A DNA stretch of 60,013 nt from Nitrospirota bacterium (lineage in GTDB: Bacteria > Nitrospirota > Nitrospiria > Nitrospirales > Nitrospiraceae), in assembly GCA_005877775.1 (NCBI GenBank), contig VBOJ01000050.1, positions 1 to 60,013 of the forward strand. The letters run 5' to 3'. The translations under genes were made by a program, and so were the position numbers. The notes under the pieces are model-generated. The model was given only the letters and a program-made list of their open reading frames with translations. It was not told where the DNA came from and searched no databases. Below, piece by piece: positions 19,383 through 28,864 of the stretch; the stretch's first letter is position 1, and each line of letters begins with the position of its first letter.

Positions 19383-20066
19383 ATGCGGGCGGCGCTCGCG
19401 CGTCTTGTGCCTTGGTTCTTGGTCTCCGCTGAGACCAGGGGGCAGGACACCCGCTGCGAAGCGAATCAGTCCGCCGGAGTCAAGGTGTTACCGGAGGGCC
19501 GCAACCTTGAAGCAGAAAGACTTGTTCTGGCAGCCATCGCACGGGCCGAACAATTCTGAAAACAAGACATCCGTCTTGCGCAAGCACTCAACGATTTAGG
19601 CATGGATTCCACCCCGCAGGGCAAGAAGGTCGAGGTGGAGCCCCTCTTCCCTCGGTCCCTAGAGATCATTCAAGGGACCATGGGACCAAGACAGCCGAAC
19701 AGGGCGAGCCCTCCGAGGAACCTTGGGATTCTCTACCCCACGCCAGGGAAGTTTGTGCAGAGTCTGAACCCTTTTCCCCGCCAAACCTTCGCAATCAATC
19801 CTGCATCCCTTGAGCCGGATCACCCTGAAGTCGCCGTTAACTTGAGGATCTTGGCCGGGTTCTCCGCCTCGCAGGGGAACCATCCGAAGACGGAACACCT
19901 CGTCAGGAAATCTCTAGGAATCCAGGAGAAAGTCCTTGGGCCAGAACATGTGGAGGTGGCCGCAAGTTTGGAAGGTTTCGTCGCCCTCTTACGGACCACG
20001 CATCGGGACGAAGCAGCAAAAGAGCTGGAGGTCCGCGCTCGCAAGATCCGCGCAAAGGAGGCATAG
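19383..20066 (+). pseudogene. secreted TPR-repeat protein gene with an in-frame TGA
   Basis: Signal-like MRAALARLVPWFLVSA. TGA at 19557-19559. In-frame TPR_12-like repeats follow (LGPEHVEVAASLEGFVALL). The repeats look degenerate. Confidence 0.45.
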
Positions 20067-20289
20067 AAGAACCCTGTCAAGTAGGACTGCAGCGATTGCC
20101 CGCTTGAGCCTGCCATCCGATACCAGTTGCACAGACCCAGCATCTTGCCGAGGACGTCATTCACAGGACCCAAGATATTGGGGTTGACGTGGAGGTCCTG
20201 AAACCTCGAAAATGATCGGCGTTGGGAATAATCCGCTGATGCGAAGAGTTGAGCCGGACGCTGCTGCCTAGTTTTCCAAGGAAAGCAAA

Positions 20290-21741
20290 GTGGAAAGGTT
20301 ATCCGGATCCAATCTGATCATCGTGTCAAACCGGGAACCCTATGAGCACCGACGGCTCAAGGACCGCCTGGTTTGTCGGCGGACTGACGGGGGGCTCACC
20401 TCGGCGCTGGACCCGGCGCTGCGCCGCCTCGGGGGGACTTGGGTGGCATGGGGGAGCGGTGAGGCAGATCGAGGTGCCGTTGGGCCTGGAGCCGTCGTCG
20501 AGGTTCCACCAGAGTCTCATTCTCACACCTATAGGCTCCGACGGGTCTGGCTGAGCCGAGATGAGGTGAAGGGTGGGTACGTCGGCTACGCGAGCGAGGT
20601 GCTCTGGCCGCTTTGTCACGTGACACTGGACCGCGTGGCCTATCTGAAGGCCTTCTGGAACGGCTATCGCGCCCTGAACCATCAGTTCGCCGACGCAGTC
20701 CTGGAGGAGTTGCGCGAACGACCTGGGCCCGTGTGGGTCCACGACTTTCAGCTGGCTTTACTCCCTGGATTGCTCAAGCAGACGGCCCCGGATACGAGGG
20801 TGGCACTGTTCTGGCACATCCCTTGGCCCGGGCCGGATGTATTCCGTATCCTGCCGGAACGCCGTGAGCTGCTCGAGAGTCTGTTGGCGGCTGACTGCCT
20901 GACCTTTCAAACCGCCGGGTATGTCCGGGAGTTTGCGGAGTGCGCCCATCAGTTCCTAGGAGCGGAGGTGGGCAGGGCCCCCGACGGGGTCCAGTACCGT
21001 GGCCACATGACCAAGCTCACGGCACAGGCCATCAGCGTGGACTTTCGTTCTATTTCTGATATGGCCAAGACGGCCGAGGTGGAAAGTCTCATGACCCTTG
21101 CGCGCCGGCGGCTTGGCCTTGGTCAGGGCATCCGCATGGGACTCGGTGTGGACCGGTTGGATTACACCAAAGGCCTGCTCAAACGCCTCTGGGCCCTGGA
21201 CACGTTCTTCACTCGTTACCCCCACTACCGTGGCAAGTTCACCTTTGTCCAGATCGCGGTGCCGACCAGGAGCGAGGTGGAGGCCTACCGTCGCTATCGG
21301 GAAGTGATCAGGGAAACTGCCTCGGAGATCAATGCGCGCCATTGCCGCGGGGGCTGGCACCCGATCGAGTATCTCGAGGGCCGGATCGGATTCTCCACGC
21401 TGGTCGCGTACTACCGAATGGCGGACCTCGCGTTGGTCAGTTCCGTGTATGACGGAATGAATCTGGTGGCGAAGGAATATGCCTCGTCCCAGGTGGATGA
21501 GCAGGGTGTGCTGCTGGTCAGTCAGATGGCCGGCGCAGCCGACGAATTGACCGATGCGTTGATCATTAATCCGTATGACCCGGAAGGCCTTGCTGACGCC
21601 CTCAAGCAAGCCCTGGAGATGCCTGAGGAAGAGCGGCAGCGCCGAATGAGCGCGATGCGAAGACATCTGCAAATGTACGATATCCATGCCTGGGTGGATC
21701 GCTGCCTTCACGATGCCGGCGTGTGGTCGGATCAGAGGTAG
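20290..21741 (+). CDS. otsA: alpha,alpha-trehalose-phosphate synthase (GT20)
   Basis: GTG start. LIIVSNREP, GGLTSAL and VDRLDYTKG motifs. Confidence 0.9.
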   Translation: MERLSGSNLIIVSNREPYEHRRLKDRLVCRRTDGGLTSALDPALRRLGGTWVAWGSGEADRGAVGPGAVVEVPPESHSHTYRLRRVWLSRDEVKGGYVGYASEVLWPLCHVTLDRVAYLKAFWNGYRALNHQFADAVLEELRERPGPVWVHDFQLALLPGLLKQTAPDTRVALFWHIPWPGPDVFRILPERRELLESLLAADCLTFQTAGYVREFAECAHQFLGAEVGRAPDGVQYRGHMTKLTAQAISVDFRSISDMAKTAEVESLMTLARRRLGLGQGIRMGLGVDRLDYTKGLLKRLWALDTFFTRYPHYRGKFTFVQIAVPTRSEVEAYRRYREVIRETASEINARHCRGGWHPIEYLEGRIGFSTLVAYYRMADLALVSSVYDGMNLVAKEYASSQVDEQGVLLVSQMAGAADELTDALIINPYDPEGLADALKQALEMPEEERQRRMSAMRRHLQMYDIHAWVDRCLHDAGVWSDQR

Positions 21742-21752
21742 GACTCAAGTGG

Positions 21753-22550
21753 ATGAACAGGAGACCACCACTTCGCGCAAAGCTGACAGTAATTCCTCCC
21801 CATCGCCTCATTGTCTTTCTCGACTATGACGGTACCTTGACCCCGATCGTCCAGCGTCCGGAGGAAGCCAGACTCACGGCTTCCGTCAGAGGAACACTCA
21901 GCCAACTGGCACACTCGGTCCCGGTGGTCATTGTCAGCGGACGCGCCCTCGATGACCTGCGGCGACGCGTGGGAGTACCGGGCATCCGCTACGTGGCTCA
22001 CCATGGACTCCTGTACAAGGAACCAGGCTCTGCAATGCGTTGGTTGGGGCAGCGGCCTCTCAGAAGAGAGGTCCGGGAATGGACCAGAGCGTTAGAGCGC
22101 GCTGCCGAAGGAATTGCTGGCGCCCTCGTCGAGGATAAGGGAGCCACCGTTGCCCTGCATGACCGGCTGGTGCGACCGGCCGATCGTCCCAGGCTGCGCC
22201 GGCTGGCGCTTCGCGCATTGGCCCCATGGCTCGCAAAGGGGAAGGTGGCAGTGATGAGCGGCAAACGGGTTCTTGAAGCGAGACCGGTCGGGGCCTGGAA
22301 CAAGGGAACAGCCGTGGCCAGACTTCTCCGCCAACCCTGGGCCCGCGGTCGTGTTCCAGTCTATTTCGGCGATGACCGGACGGACTTTGATGCGTTCCGC
22401 GCGGTGCAGGACCTGGGACTCGCGGTGCGAGTTGGCGGGAGACGCGGAATAGCCGGCGAGGATGCCTGGGTATCGGGCCCCAACAGGTTGGCATCCTTGC
22501 TCTGCTGGCTCACGGCAAGGGTGAGCCGTTTCGAAAGAGATGTCTTGTGA
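21753..22550 (+). CDS. otsB: trehalose-6-phosphate phosphatase (HAD-IIB)
   Basis: FLDYDGTLTPIV and YFGDDRTDFDAF motifs. An alternative GTG start lies at 21723. Confidence 0.85.
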   Translation: MNRRPPLRAKLTVIPPHRLIVFLDYDGTLTPIVQRPEEARLTASVRGTLSQLAHSVPVVIVSGRALDDLRRRVGVPGIRYVAHHGLLYKEPGSAMRWLGQRPLRREVREWTRALERAAEGIAGALVEDKGATVALHDRLVRPADRPRLRRLALRALAPWLAKGKVAVMSGKRVLEARPVGAWNKGTAVARLLRQPWARGRVPVYFGDDRTDFDAFRAVQDLGLAVRVGGRRGIAGEDAWVSGPNRLASLLCWLTARVSRFERDVL

Positions 22551-22773
22551 GGATCGGGCTGCGAACGGTTGGGACCGGGAGGACCCTGACATCTGTCATG
22601 CTGGGTCTCATCGTTGGTGGCATGATGCTCCTCCTACCATCTGCCTTGCGCGCACCCACGGCAACGACCACACAGTTCCTGGTTGACGGTGGGCCGTCGC
22701 AAGGTTACTCTATCAACGGACGCTTCGTACCAGCCCTGACGGAGTCCCCACATCAATTGACAAAGAGGATCTC

Positions 22774-24711
22774 ATGGCAATGGCCCCCAAGCATCCGGTC
22801 CTCCCTGACGTGACCCTCCTGACCGATCAGGATCTCTATCTCTTCAACGAAGGCACCCATGTCCGCCTCTATGAGAAGCTGGGAGCCCATCCCATGACCG
22901 TGGATGAAACAGAGGGAACATATCTCGCCTTGTGGGCGCCAGATGCCGAGCAGATCTGCGTGATAGGGGATTTCAATGGATGGAGCAAGACCGGCCATTC
23001 CTTGCGTCCGAGAGGCCATTCAGGAATCTGGGAATCCTTTGTTCCCGGTCTCAAGAAAGGAGCCATCTACAAGTACCGCGTTGTTTCTCGATACCACGGC
23101 TACCAAGTCGACAAGGCAGATCCTCTGGCGTTTCACCACGAAACGCCACCCAAGACGGCCTCCATCGTCTGGAACCTCGAGTACGAATGGAAAGACCAGG
23201 GCTGGATGGGAACGAGGCACAGCCGCAACAGCCTCAACGGCCCCATCGCCATCTACGAGGTTCATCTGGGTTCCTGGAGACGTGTGCCTGAAGAAGGACA
23301 GCGCTCCCTGACCTATCGAGAATTGGCTCCCCAACTCGCCGAGTACGTCACACAGATGGGATTTACCCATGTCGAAATTTTACCCATTATGGAGCACCCC
23401 TTCTACGGCTCCTGGGGCTACCAGACCACAGGCTACTTTGCGCCGACCAGCCGGTACGGCACTCCGCAGGACTTCATGTACCTGATTGACTACCTGCATC
23501 AGCATGGCATTGGCGTGATCCTGGACTGGGTCCCCTCCCACTTTCCAACCGACGAGCACGGACCAGGCTTTTTCGATGGGACGCACCTCTACGAACACGC
23601 CGATCCTCAGAAGGGGTTCCACCCGGACTGGAGCAGCTTCATCTTCAACTACGGGCGGAACGAAGTCAGGAGCTTCCTGCTCAGCAGTGCCCTCTTCTGG
23701 TTTGACAAGTACCACATCGACGGACTGCGGGTGGACGCCGTCGCCTCCATGTTGTACCTGGACTACTCCCGAAAAGAAGGGGAATGGATTCCCAACCAAT
23801 ACGGCGGGAGAGAGAACCTGGAAGCCATCGCCTTTCTGCGCCACTTCAACGAGCAAATCTATGCCAACTATCCTGATGTCCAGACCATCGCGGAAGAGTC
23901 CACCGCCTGGCCGATGGTCTCCCGGCCCACCTATGTGGGGGGCTTGGGCTTTGGGCTCAAGTGGGACATGGGCTGGATGCACGACACGCTGGAGTACATG
24001 TCTAAGGATGCGATTCATAGAAAATACCATCACAACGACCTGACCTTCCGCATGCTCTACGCCTTTCACGAGAGCTTTGTCCTGCCTCTGTCCCATGACG
24101 AGGTCGTCCATGGCAAGGGGTCGCTCTTGGGGAAGATGCCGGGAGACGACTGGCAGAAGTTCGCTAACCTCCGGCTCCTGTTCGGCTACATGTATGCCCA
24201 GCCGGCGAAGAAGCTGCTCTTTATGGGCGGCGAGTTCGGCCAGTGGCAGGAGTGGAAGCACGAGGAGAGCTTGGAATGGCACCTCCTGCAATTTGTCCCG
24301 CACGCCGGCCTGAAGAGATGGGTCGCGGATCTGAACCAACTCTACCGGAGTGAACCGGCCTTGCACCAACTCGACTGCGACCCGGCAGGCTTCGAATGGA
24401 TCGACTGCCTCGACGCGGAGAGCAGCATCATCAGCCTCCTCCGCAAAGGCAAGTCAACGGGCGATCTCGTGCTCGCGGTCTGCAACTTCACCCCGGTGCC
24501 TCGCTTGAACTACCTCGTCGGCGCCCCCCGCGGCGGATTCTGGAGAGAGCTGCTCAACAGCGACGCAGCACAATACGGCGGGAGTGGCCTGGGGAACCTG
24601 GGCGGGGTGGAAGCAGCTCCCATGCCCTTGCACGGTCGCACACATTCCCTCGCCCTCACGCTCCCGCCTCTTTCCGCCCTGTTCTTCAAGAGCCAGGGCA
24701 AGAGGCACTGA
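22774..24711 (+). CDS. glgB: 1,4-alpha-glucan branching enzyme (GH13)
   Basis: 645 aa. [27 protein letters not shown] and [10 protein letters not shown] motifs. Confidence 0.92.
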   Translation: MAMAPKHPVLPDVTLLTDQDLYLFNEGTHVRLYEKLGAHPMTVDETEGTYLALWAPDAEQICVIGDFNGWSKTGHSLRPRGHSGIWESFVPGLKKGAIYKYRVVSRYHGYQVDKADPLAFHHETPPKTASIVWNLEYEWKDQGWMGTRHSRNSLNGPIAIYEVHLGSWRRVPEEGQRSLTYRELAPQLAEYVTQMGFTHVEILPIMEHPFYGSWGYQTTGYFAPTSRYGTPQDFMYLIDYLHQHGIGVILDWVPSHFPTDEHGPGFFDGTHLYEHADPQKGFHPDWSSFIFNYGRNEVRSFLLSSALFWFDKYHIDGLRVDAVASMLYLDYSRKEGEWIPNQYGGRENLEAIAFLRHFNEQIYANYPDVQTIAEESTAWPMVSRPTYVGGLGFGLKWDMGWMHDTLEYMSKDAIHRKYHHNDLTFRMLYAFHESFVLPLSHDEVVHGKGSLLGKMPGDDWQKFANLRLLFGYMYAQPAKKLLFMGGEFGQWQEWKHEESLEWHLLQFVPHAGLKRWVADLNQLYRSEPALHQLDCDPAGFEWIDCLDAESSIISLLRKGKSTGDLVLAVCNFTPVPRLNYLVGAPRGGFWRELLNSDAAQYGGSGLGNLGGVEAAPMPLHGRTHSLALTLPPLSALFFKSQGKRH

Positions 24712-24827
24712 TATGCATTTGAAGAGAGGGCAGCTCGCCCTGATCGTCAGGATTTGAACACGAACCGCATAAGGTGGGCGAACTATACTCTGATGGGATG
24801 GCCTTGCCGTTGCGCATGGCACGGTGG

Positions 24828-25652
24828 TTAGGTACAACTCAGGAAATCAAGCACGGCTCGGTTCCATCCGGCCGGGCCGACCCCCTGAGCGCGGGTCAGG
24901 TTGGGAAGTTGCACGTCGGGATCATAGGAGCCGTCGGGCTTCCTCACCAGAATCGGCCGATCCACCACAGCGAGCATCGGGAGGTCGTTGAGGCTGTCGC
25001 CGATCGCGACGGTGACGAGTGGGCCACGTTGACCATTGAAGTGACGACGGTAGCAGTCAATCAGCATCCGGCAGGCCTGCCCTTTATCGCTTCCCCCCAT
25101 TAGATGAAAAAAGCGCCCTCCCTGAGTGCAGCGAAGACCCCGCGCATTGATTTCGCGCTGGATTTCTTCCTCCATCGTGTGAGGTCCTTCGATCACGAAC
25201 GGCTCATCATACTCTCGCTGCTTGGCCAGGAGGGCGTCAGGCTGGCTAAGCCCCGTCCTCTCTGCTACTTCCTCTGCCGACATGTCGCCGAATCCCCTCA
25301 GAGGGCACCCGATTCTTTGCTCAATCTCCTTCAATGCGGCGCGCAGCCTAATGTAGGGCGTCCCAATCTCGATCACTTGGTAGGGACCACGCAGCGCAGT
25401 CTTCTCCACCGGGAAATCAAAGAGGCCTTTCGGAATATAGAGCCCTCCACCGTTCTCGACAATGAAGGGGTGGGGATGATTCAAACGGAACCGGATCGGT
25501 TCGATTTCGGCCCTGGTCTTGCTCGAAGCAAGCACGAGCGGAGTGTCGCTGGTTCGAAGGGCGCTCAACGCCTCGTTGGCTGCATTGAATGAGTAGGTGA
25601 CCGGATCAAGCAGGCTTCCATCCAGATCTGTAAACAGGAGCATCTTCGCCAT
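24828..25652 (-). CDS. HAD-IIB phosphatase of the mannosyl/glucosyl-3-phosphoglycerate phosphatase (MPGP/YedP) family
   Basis: LLFTDLDGSLLD, LASSKTRAE, FHLMGGSDKG and GDSLNDLPML, collinear with E. coli YedP as recalled. The ORF extends to 25703. Confidence 0.8.
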   Translation of the reverse strand: MAKMLLFTDLDGSLLDPVTYSFNAANEALSALRTSDTPLVLASSKTRAEIEPIRFRLNHPHPFIVENGGGLYIPKGLFDFPVEKTALRGPYQVIEIGTPYIRLRAALKEIEQRIGCPLRGFGDMSAEEVAERTGLSQPDALLAKQREYDEPFVIEGPHTMEEEIQREINARGLRCTQGGRFFHLMGGSDKGQACRMLIDCYRRHFNGQRGPLVTVAIGDSLNDLPMLAVVDRPILVRKPDGSYDPDVQLPNLTRAQGVGPAGWNRAVLDFLSCT

Positions 25653-25822
25653 GAGGTTGTCCGACTCGCCTGGCCTTGTTTCTGGACGATTGAACTCACG
25701 CACACGATACCGGAAGAGCCGAGACCGCGCAACCGCCCAGTGAGCACAGAGGCGGAATTGACTTCATAGGACAAACGCTTCACACTCCACGGAAAAGAAG
25801 CGCGAGGCTATTCCATCAGCTT

Positions 25823-26260
25823 ATGCTTTCAAATCATATGGGGACTCCTCAACTCAACGCGGTCCTGGGCAGTCTCGTTGTGACCATGGGCTGTTGGCTC
25901 ATGTGGGGTGAGATGCCACTTGCCTTGGCGGTCGGCATAGCCCTCTGTACCGCCGCGTTTCTCACATGGCAAAGGTCCAGCATCGCAATCGTCTGGGCCT
26001 GGGCCACATTGCTGCTGGGGGTCGAGAGCCTCGCCTGGCCGATTGTGACAATGGCCCGAGTGAGGATGGCGACGGAGGAGCCCACTGAACAACAGATGGG
26101 ACAAATTCTGACCGCAGTTCTCTTCGGCCTCTTCTCATCCATCTTCTGGTTGACCTTCGCGTACGGTCTATTCAAATGGGTCTGGCGAAAAGAGGCAGAG
26201 GCAGCCGCATCAGCGAGCAACGAGGAGCCCGGAAGGCAGATCGGTCAAAAACCCCGCTAG
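25823..26260 (+). CDS. hypothetical membrane protein (4 TM)
   Basis: 145-aa hydrophobic ORF with no recognised motif. Confidence 0.45.
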   Translation: MLSNHMGTPQLNAVLGSLVVTMGCWLMWGEMPLALAVGIALCTAAFLTWQRSSIAIVWAWATLLLGVESLAWPIVTMARVRMATEEPTEQQMGQILTAVLFGLFSSIFWLTFAYGLFKWVWRKEAEAAASASNEEPGRQIGQKPR

Positions 26261-26345
26261 AGTAGCACTCTGTTATCCCTTCCGTTTTCGAGGTGACTAG
26301 GAGAGCCCCTTACTGCGCGCGTCCGTTAGCCACACCTCACTCCAC

Positions 26346-28757
26346 TCACCCCATCTCCACCGGGTCCACATCCACATCGAACTTCAATCCACTCCCTCCC
26401 GGTCGCTTTTCCAGAACATCCAACGTCTGCTTCACCACTAGTCGGGCTGCTTCAGCCTTGGCTGATTTGACCAGCAGTTGCCAGAGGTGTCGCCCTCGAA
26501 CGCGGGCCACAGCGCCCGGAATGGGCCCCAAGATTGTGACGTCATCGCCGAAGGTCTCATGAGGGGCTGGTCTCTCCTCACCAGATGATCCACGTTGGAG
26601 CGCTGCCTTGAGTAGCCCAGACCATCGCTCAGCCGCCTCTCTCACCAGCCCAGCGTTCGTGCCGGACACGCGCAGGCTGACGAGGTGAGTGAACGGCGGA
26701 TATCCGACCGACTGACGAAAGGCCAACTCTTGGTCGTAGAAGCCCGATTCGTTGTCGCTGACCACCGAAGCAATTGCGTGGTGAGTCGGCAGATAGGTCT
26801 GCAGTACAACGTTCCCGCCAGCTTCGCTGGGACGAGCCAACGTCACCGCGTCTCGAATCGCATGAAAGGTCCGCTCGGCCGATCGAAAGTCCGGTAGATG
26901 CAGCCCGGCGTCCGCATGCGGAAGGCCGACGAACCCCACGGGAGGAAGTGGGGTTCCTTGAAACAGCATCTGGGTTCCGATCAGGATATCAAACTCGCCG
27001 GCCCGGGCCAGACTTCGAATCGCGTCTGCCCTCGCGGTGGTTGGAGCGGTATCCCGGTCCAACCTGCCGATCCTGGCACCAGGAAACAAGCGCCGGACTT
27101 CCTCCTCGACCCGTTCGGTGCCGAACCCGACCGGCTCAAGACGCGCAGCGAGACAAAAGGTGCAGGCTTCAGGGACCGGAACAGATGCGCCGCAGGAGTG
27201 GCAAGACAGGCTGGCAGCTCGTTTATAGAAACTGAGGGTTACGCTACAGTGAGGGCAACGTTGCGCGCCGCCGCAGTCGCGACAGAGAAGTGCGGGCGCG
27301 AAGCCTTTGCGATTGAGGAACAGCACGACCCCAGCCCGAGCCTCAAGGGCGCCACGGATGCCGACGAGCATGGGTTCCGTCAGGACAGATCCATGGGGGT
27401 GCCGGCGCAGATCTACGACTTGGATCGCAGGCGACATGGCGCCGTCGCCAGAGATGCACAACGTCTCGCCACAGGCTCCAATCGCTTGCACCGTCTCTAA
27501 CGACGGATGGGCCGAGCCGAACAAGAGCACGGCCTTGTCCTGGCTGGCCCGCATCCGGGCGACCTCGCGGGCATGATAGCGGGGCTCTGCTTCTTCTTTG
27601 AAAGACGAATCCTCTTCGTCTTCCACGCAAATGAGCCCAAGGGAGGCAAGGGGTGCAAAGACCGCCGACCGTGTCCCCACCACGATGCTGGCGGTCCCGG
27701 CTCGGATGCGACGCCAGACATCCCCGCGCTTCGTCGGCGTCAGACCGCTGTGGAATATCTCGACCCGATCTTCCCATCGCGCTCTGGCCAGCTCAGCGAT
27801 GGCCGCGGCCCTGGCAACCTCTGGGGCCAGAATCATCACCGTCCGATCCCGCGCCAGCGTCTCCTCGGCGGCCCGGATCACGTAACTCAGACGCTGCGAC
27901 GCCGGACCCTGCAGCAAAAATAACCTGGGCTCGGCTCTGTCGAGAGCGCTGCAGAGATGATCCCACCAGGCCAACTCTCGTGATGAAGCTGGAGCGGACT
28001 CCTGCGGTCTGTGGAATTGCCTTGGTGAGCTGGCAGGAGCCAATTCGCTGGCCGACGAATCGCGCTGCTCAGTCCGACTGCCCTGACCACCTCGACGGTC
28101 TTGCTCAATTGCCTGCACCCACTTGTGGCGTGCCAGAGTCCGCAGCGTGCGGGCCACCGGACCCGTGACTGTTCGACGCAGAGAGGTCATGGTCAGCCCC
28201 TTGGGTGCACCGATGAGTCTGGCGAGGATCTGGCGGGCTGTTGATGCCAGTCGTCCAGGGCTCTCCCGCTTCGTTCGGCCTTCTTCAGTGATGAGGTACC
28301 GAGACGAGTGCCTGTCTGCCGGCAAGGTCGGCAGAATCAACCGGACGCATTGGCCCCAGGGGGCCAAGTACCGTTCAGAGACCAAACGAGTTAAGGTCAG
28401 CAGGGCTGGGGTGATGCCCGCTTCTGGAGTTTCGTCGATGACTGACGCAATCTCTCTGAGCCGTCCCGCCAGGCGACCGCTCTTCACAAGATCTTGAGAA
28501 TCCCCGTGGCTGCAGCGCGCAGAGAGAGCCACGACCACGCCCTGGAGCATGCTCGGTCCAAATGGAATCCAGACCCTGCTCCCCACCTGCAGGTGATCTC
28601 GGAGCTGTTCTGGAATCGCGTAGGTGAAGGACCGGTTCAGATGTCGAGGGACAATCACTTCAGCGATGGCCGGCCGGTCCACCACAGTTGGTTGGGTCGC
28701 AACGGGGAATGCAGACTCAGCGGCAGGCAACGCGTGAGGCATGCGGCATTCTACCAA
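26346..28757 (-). CDS. priA: primosomal protein N' (replication restart helicase)
   Basis: 803 aa. Helicase core plus the characteristic Cys-rich zinc insert (CRDCGGAQRCPHCSVTLSFYK...CHSCG). Confidence 0.9.
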   Translation of the reverse strand: MVECRMPHALPAAESAFPVATQPTVVDRPAIAEVIVPRHLNRSFTYAIPEQLRDHLQVGSRVWIPFGPSMLQGVVVALSARCSHGDSQDLVKSGRLAGRLREIASVIDETPEAGITPALLTLTRLVSERYLAPWGQCVRLILPTLPADRHSSRYLITEEGRTKRESPGRLASTARQILARLIGAPKGLTMTSLRRTVTGPVARTLRTLARHKWVQAIEQDRRGGQGSRTEQRDSSASELAPASSPRQFHRPQESAPASSRELAWWDHLCSALDRAEPRLFLLQGPASQRLSYVIRAAEETLARDRTVMILAPEVARAAAIAELARARWEDRVEIFHSGLTPTKRGDVWRRIRAGTASIVVGTRSAVFAPLASLGLICVEDEEDSSFKEEAEPRYHAREVARMRASQDKAVLLFGSAHPSLETVQAIGACGETLCISGDGAMSPAIQVVDLRRHPHGSVLTEPMLVGIRGALEARAGVVLFLNRKGFAPALLCRDCGGAQRCPHCSVTLSFYKRAASLSCHSCGASVPVPEACTFCLAARLEPVGFGTERVEEEVRRLFPGARIGRLDRDTAPTTARADAIRSLARAGEFDILIGTQMLFQGTPLPPVGFVGLPHADAGLHLPDFRSAERTFHAIRDAVTLARPSEAGGNVVLQTYLPTHHAIASVVSDNESGFYDQELAFRQSVGYPPFTHLVSLRVSGTNAGLVREAAERWSGLLKAALQRGSSGEERPAPHETFGDDVTILGPIPGAVARVRGRHLWQLLVKSAKAEAARLVVKQTLDVLEKRPGGSGLKFDVDVDPVEMG

Positions 28758-28864
28758 GCATGCCTGAGTGGGACAACTAAGCCTTTACCGCCTGGCTGCC
28801 TCCGAGCTCAGTAGCAGGCAAGCATCCTGAGTACAGCCTGACGAGCAGAGGAGAGAGGGTTCTG

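Noticed and set aside
22547-22813. 88-aa ORF between otsB and glgB with a hydrophobic segment.
   Set aside because: It has a non-ATG start overlapping the otsB stop and runs into the glgB start. There is no RBS and the composition after the hydrophobic stretch is poor. There is not enough support to call it.
20956-24369. Antisense ORFs opposite otsA (20956..21711) and glgB (23380..24369).
   Set aside because: The sense strand carries unmistakable OtsA and GlgB motifs, and the antisense products have no recognisable features.
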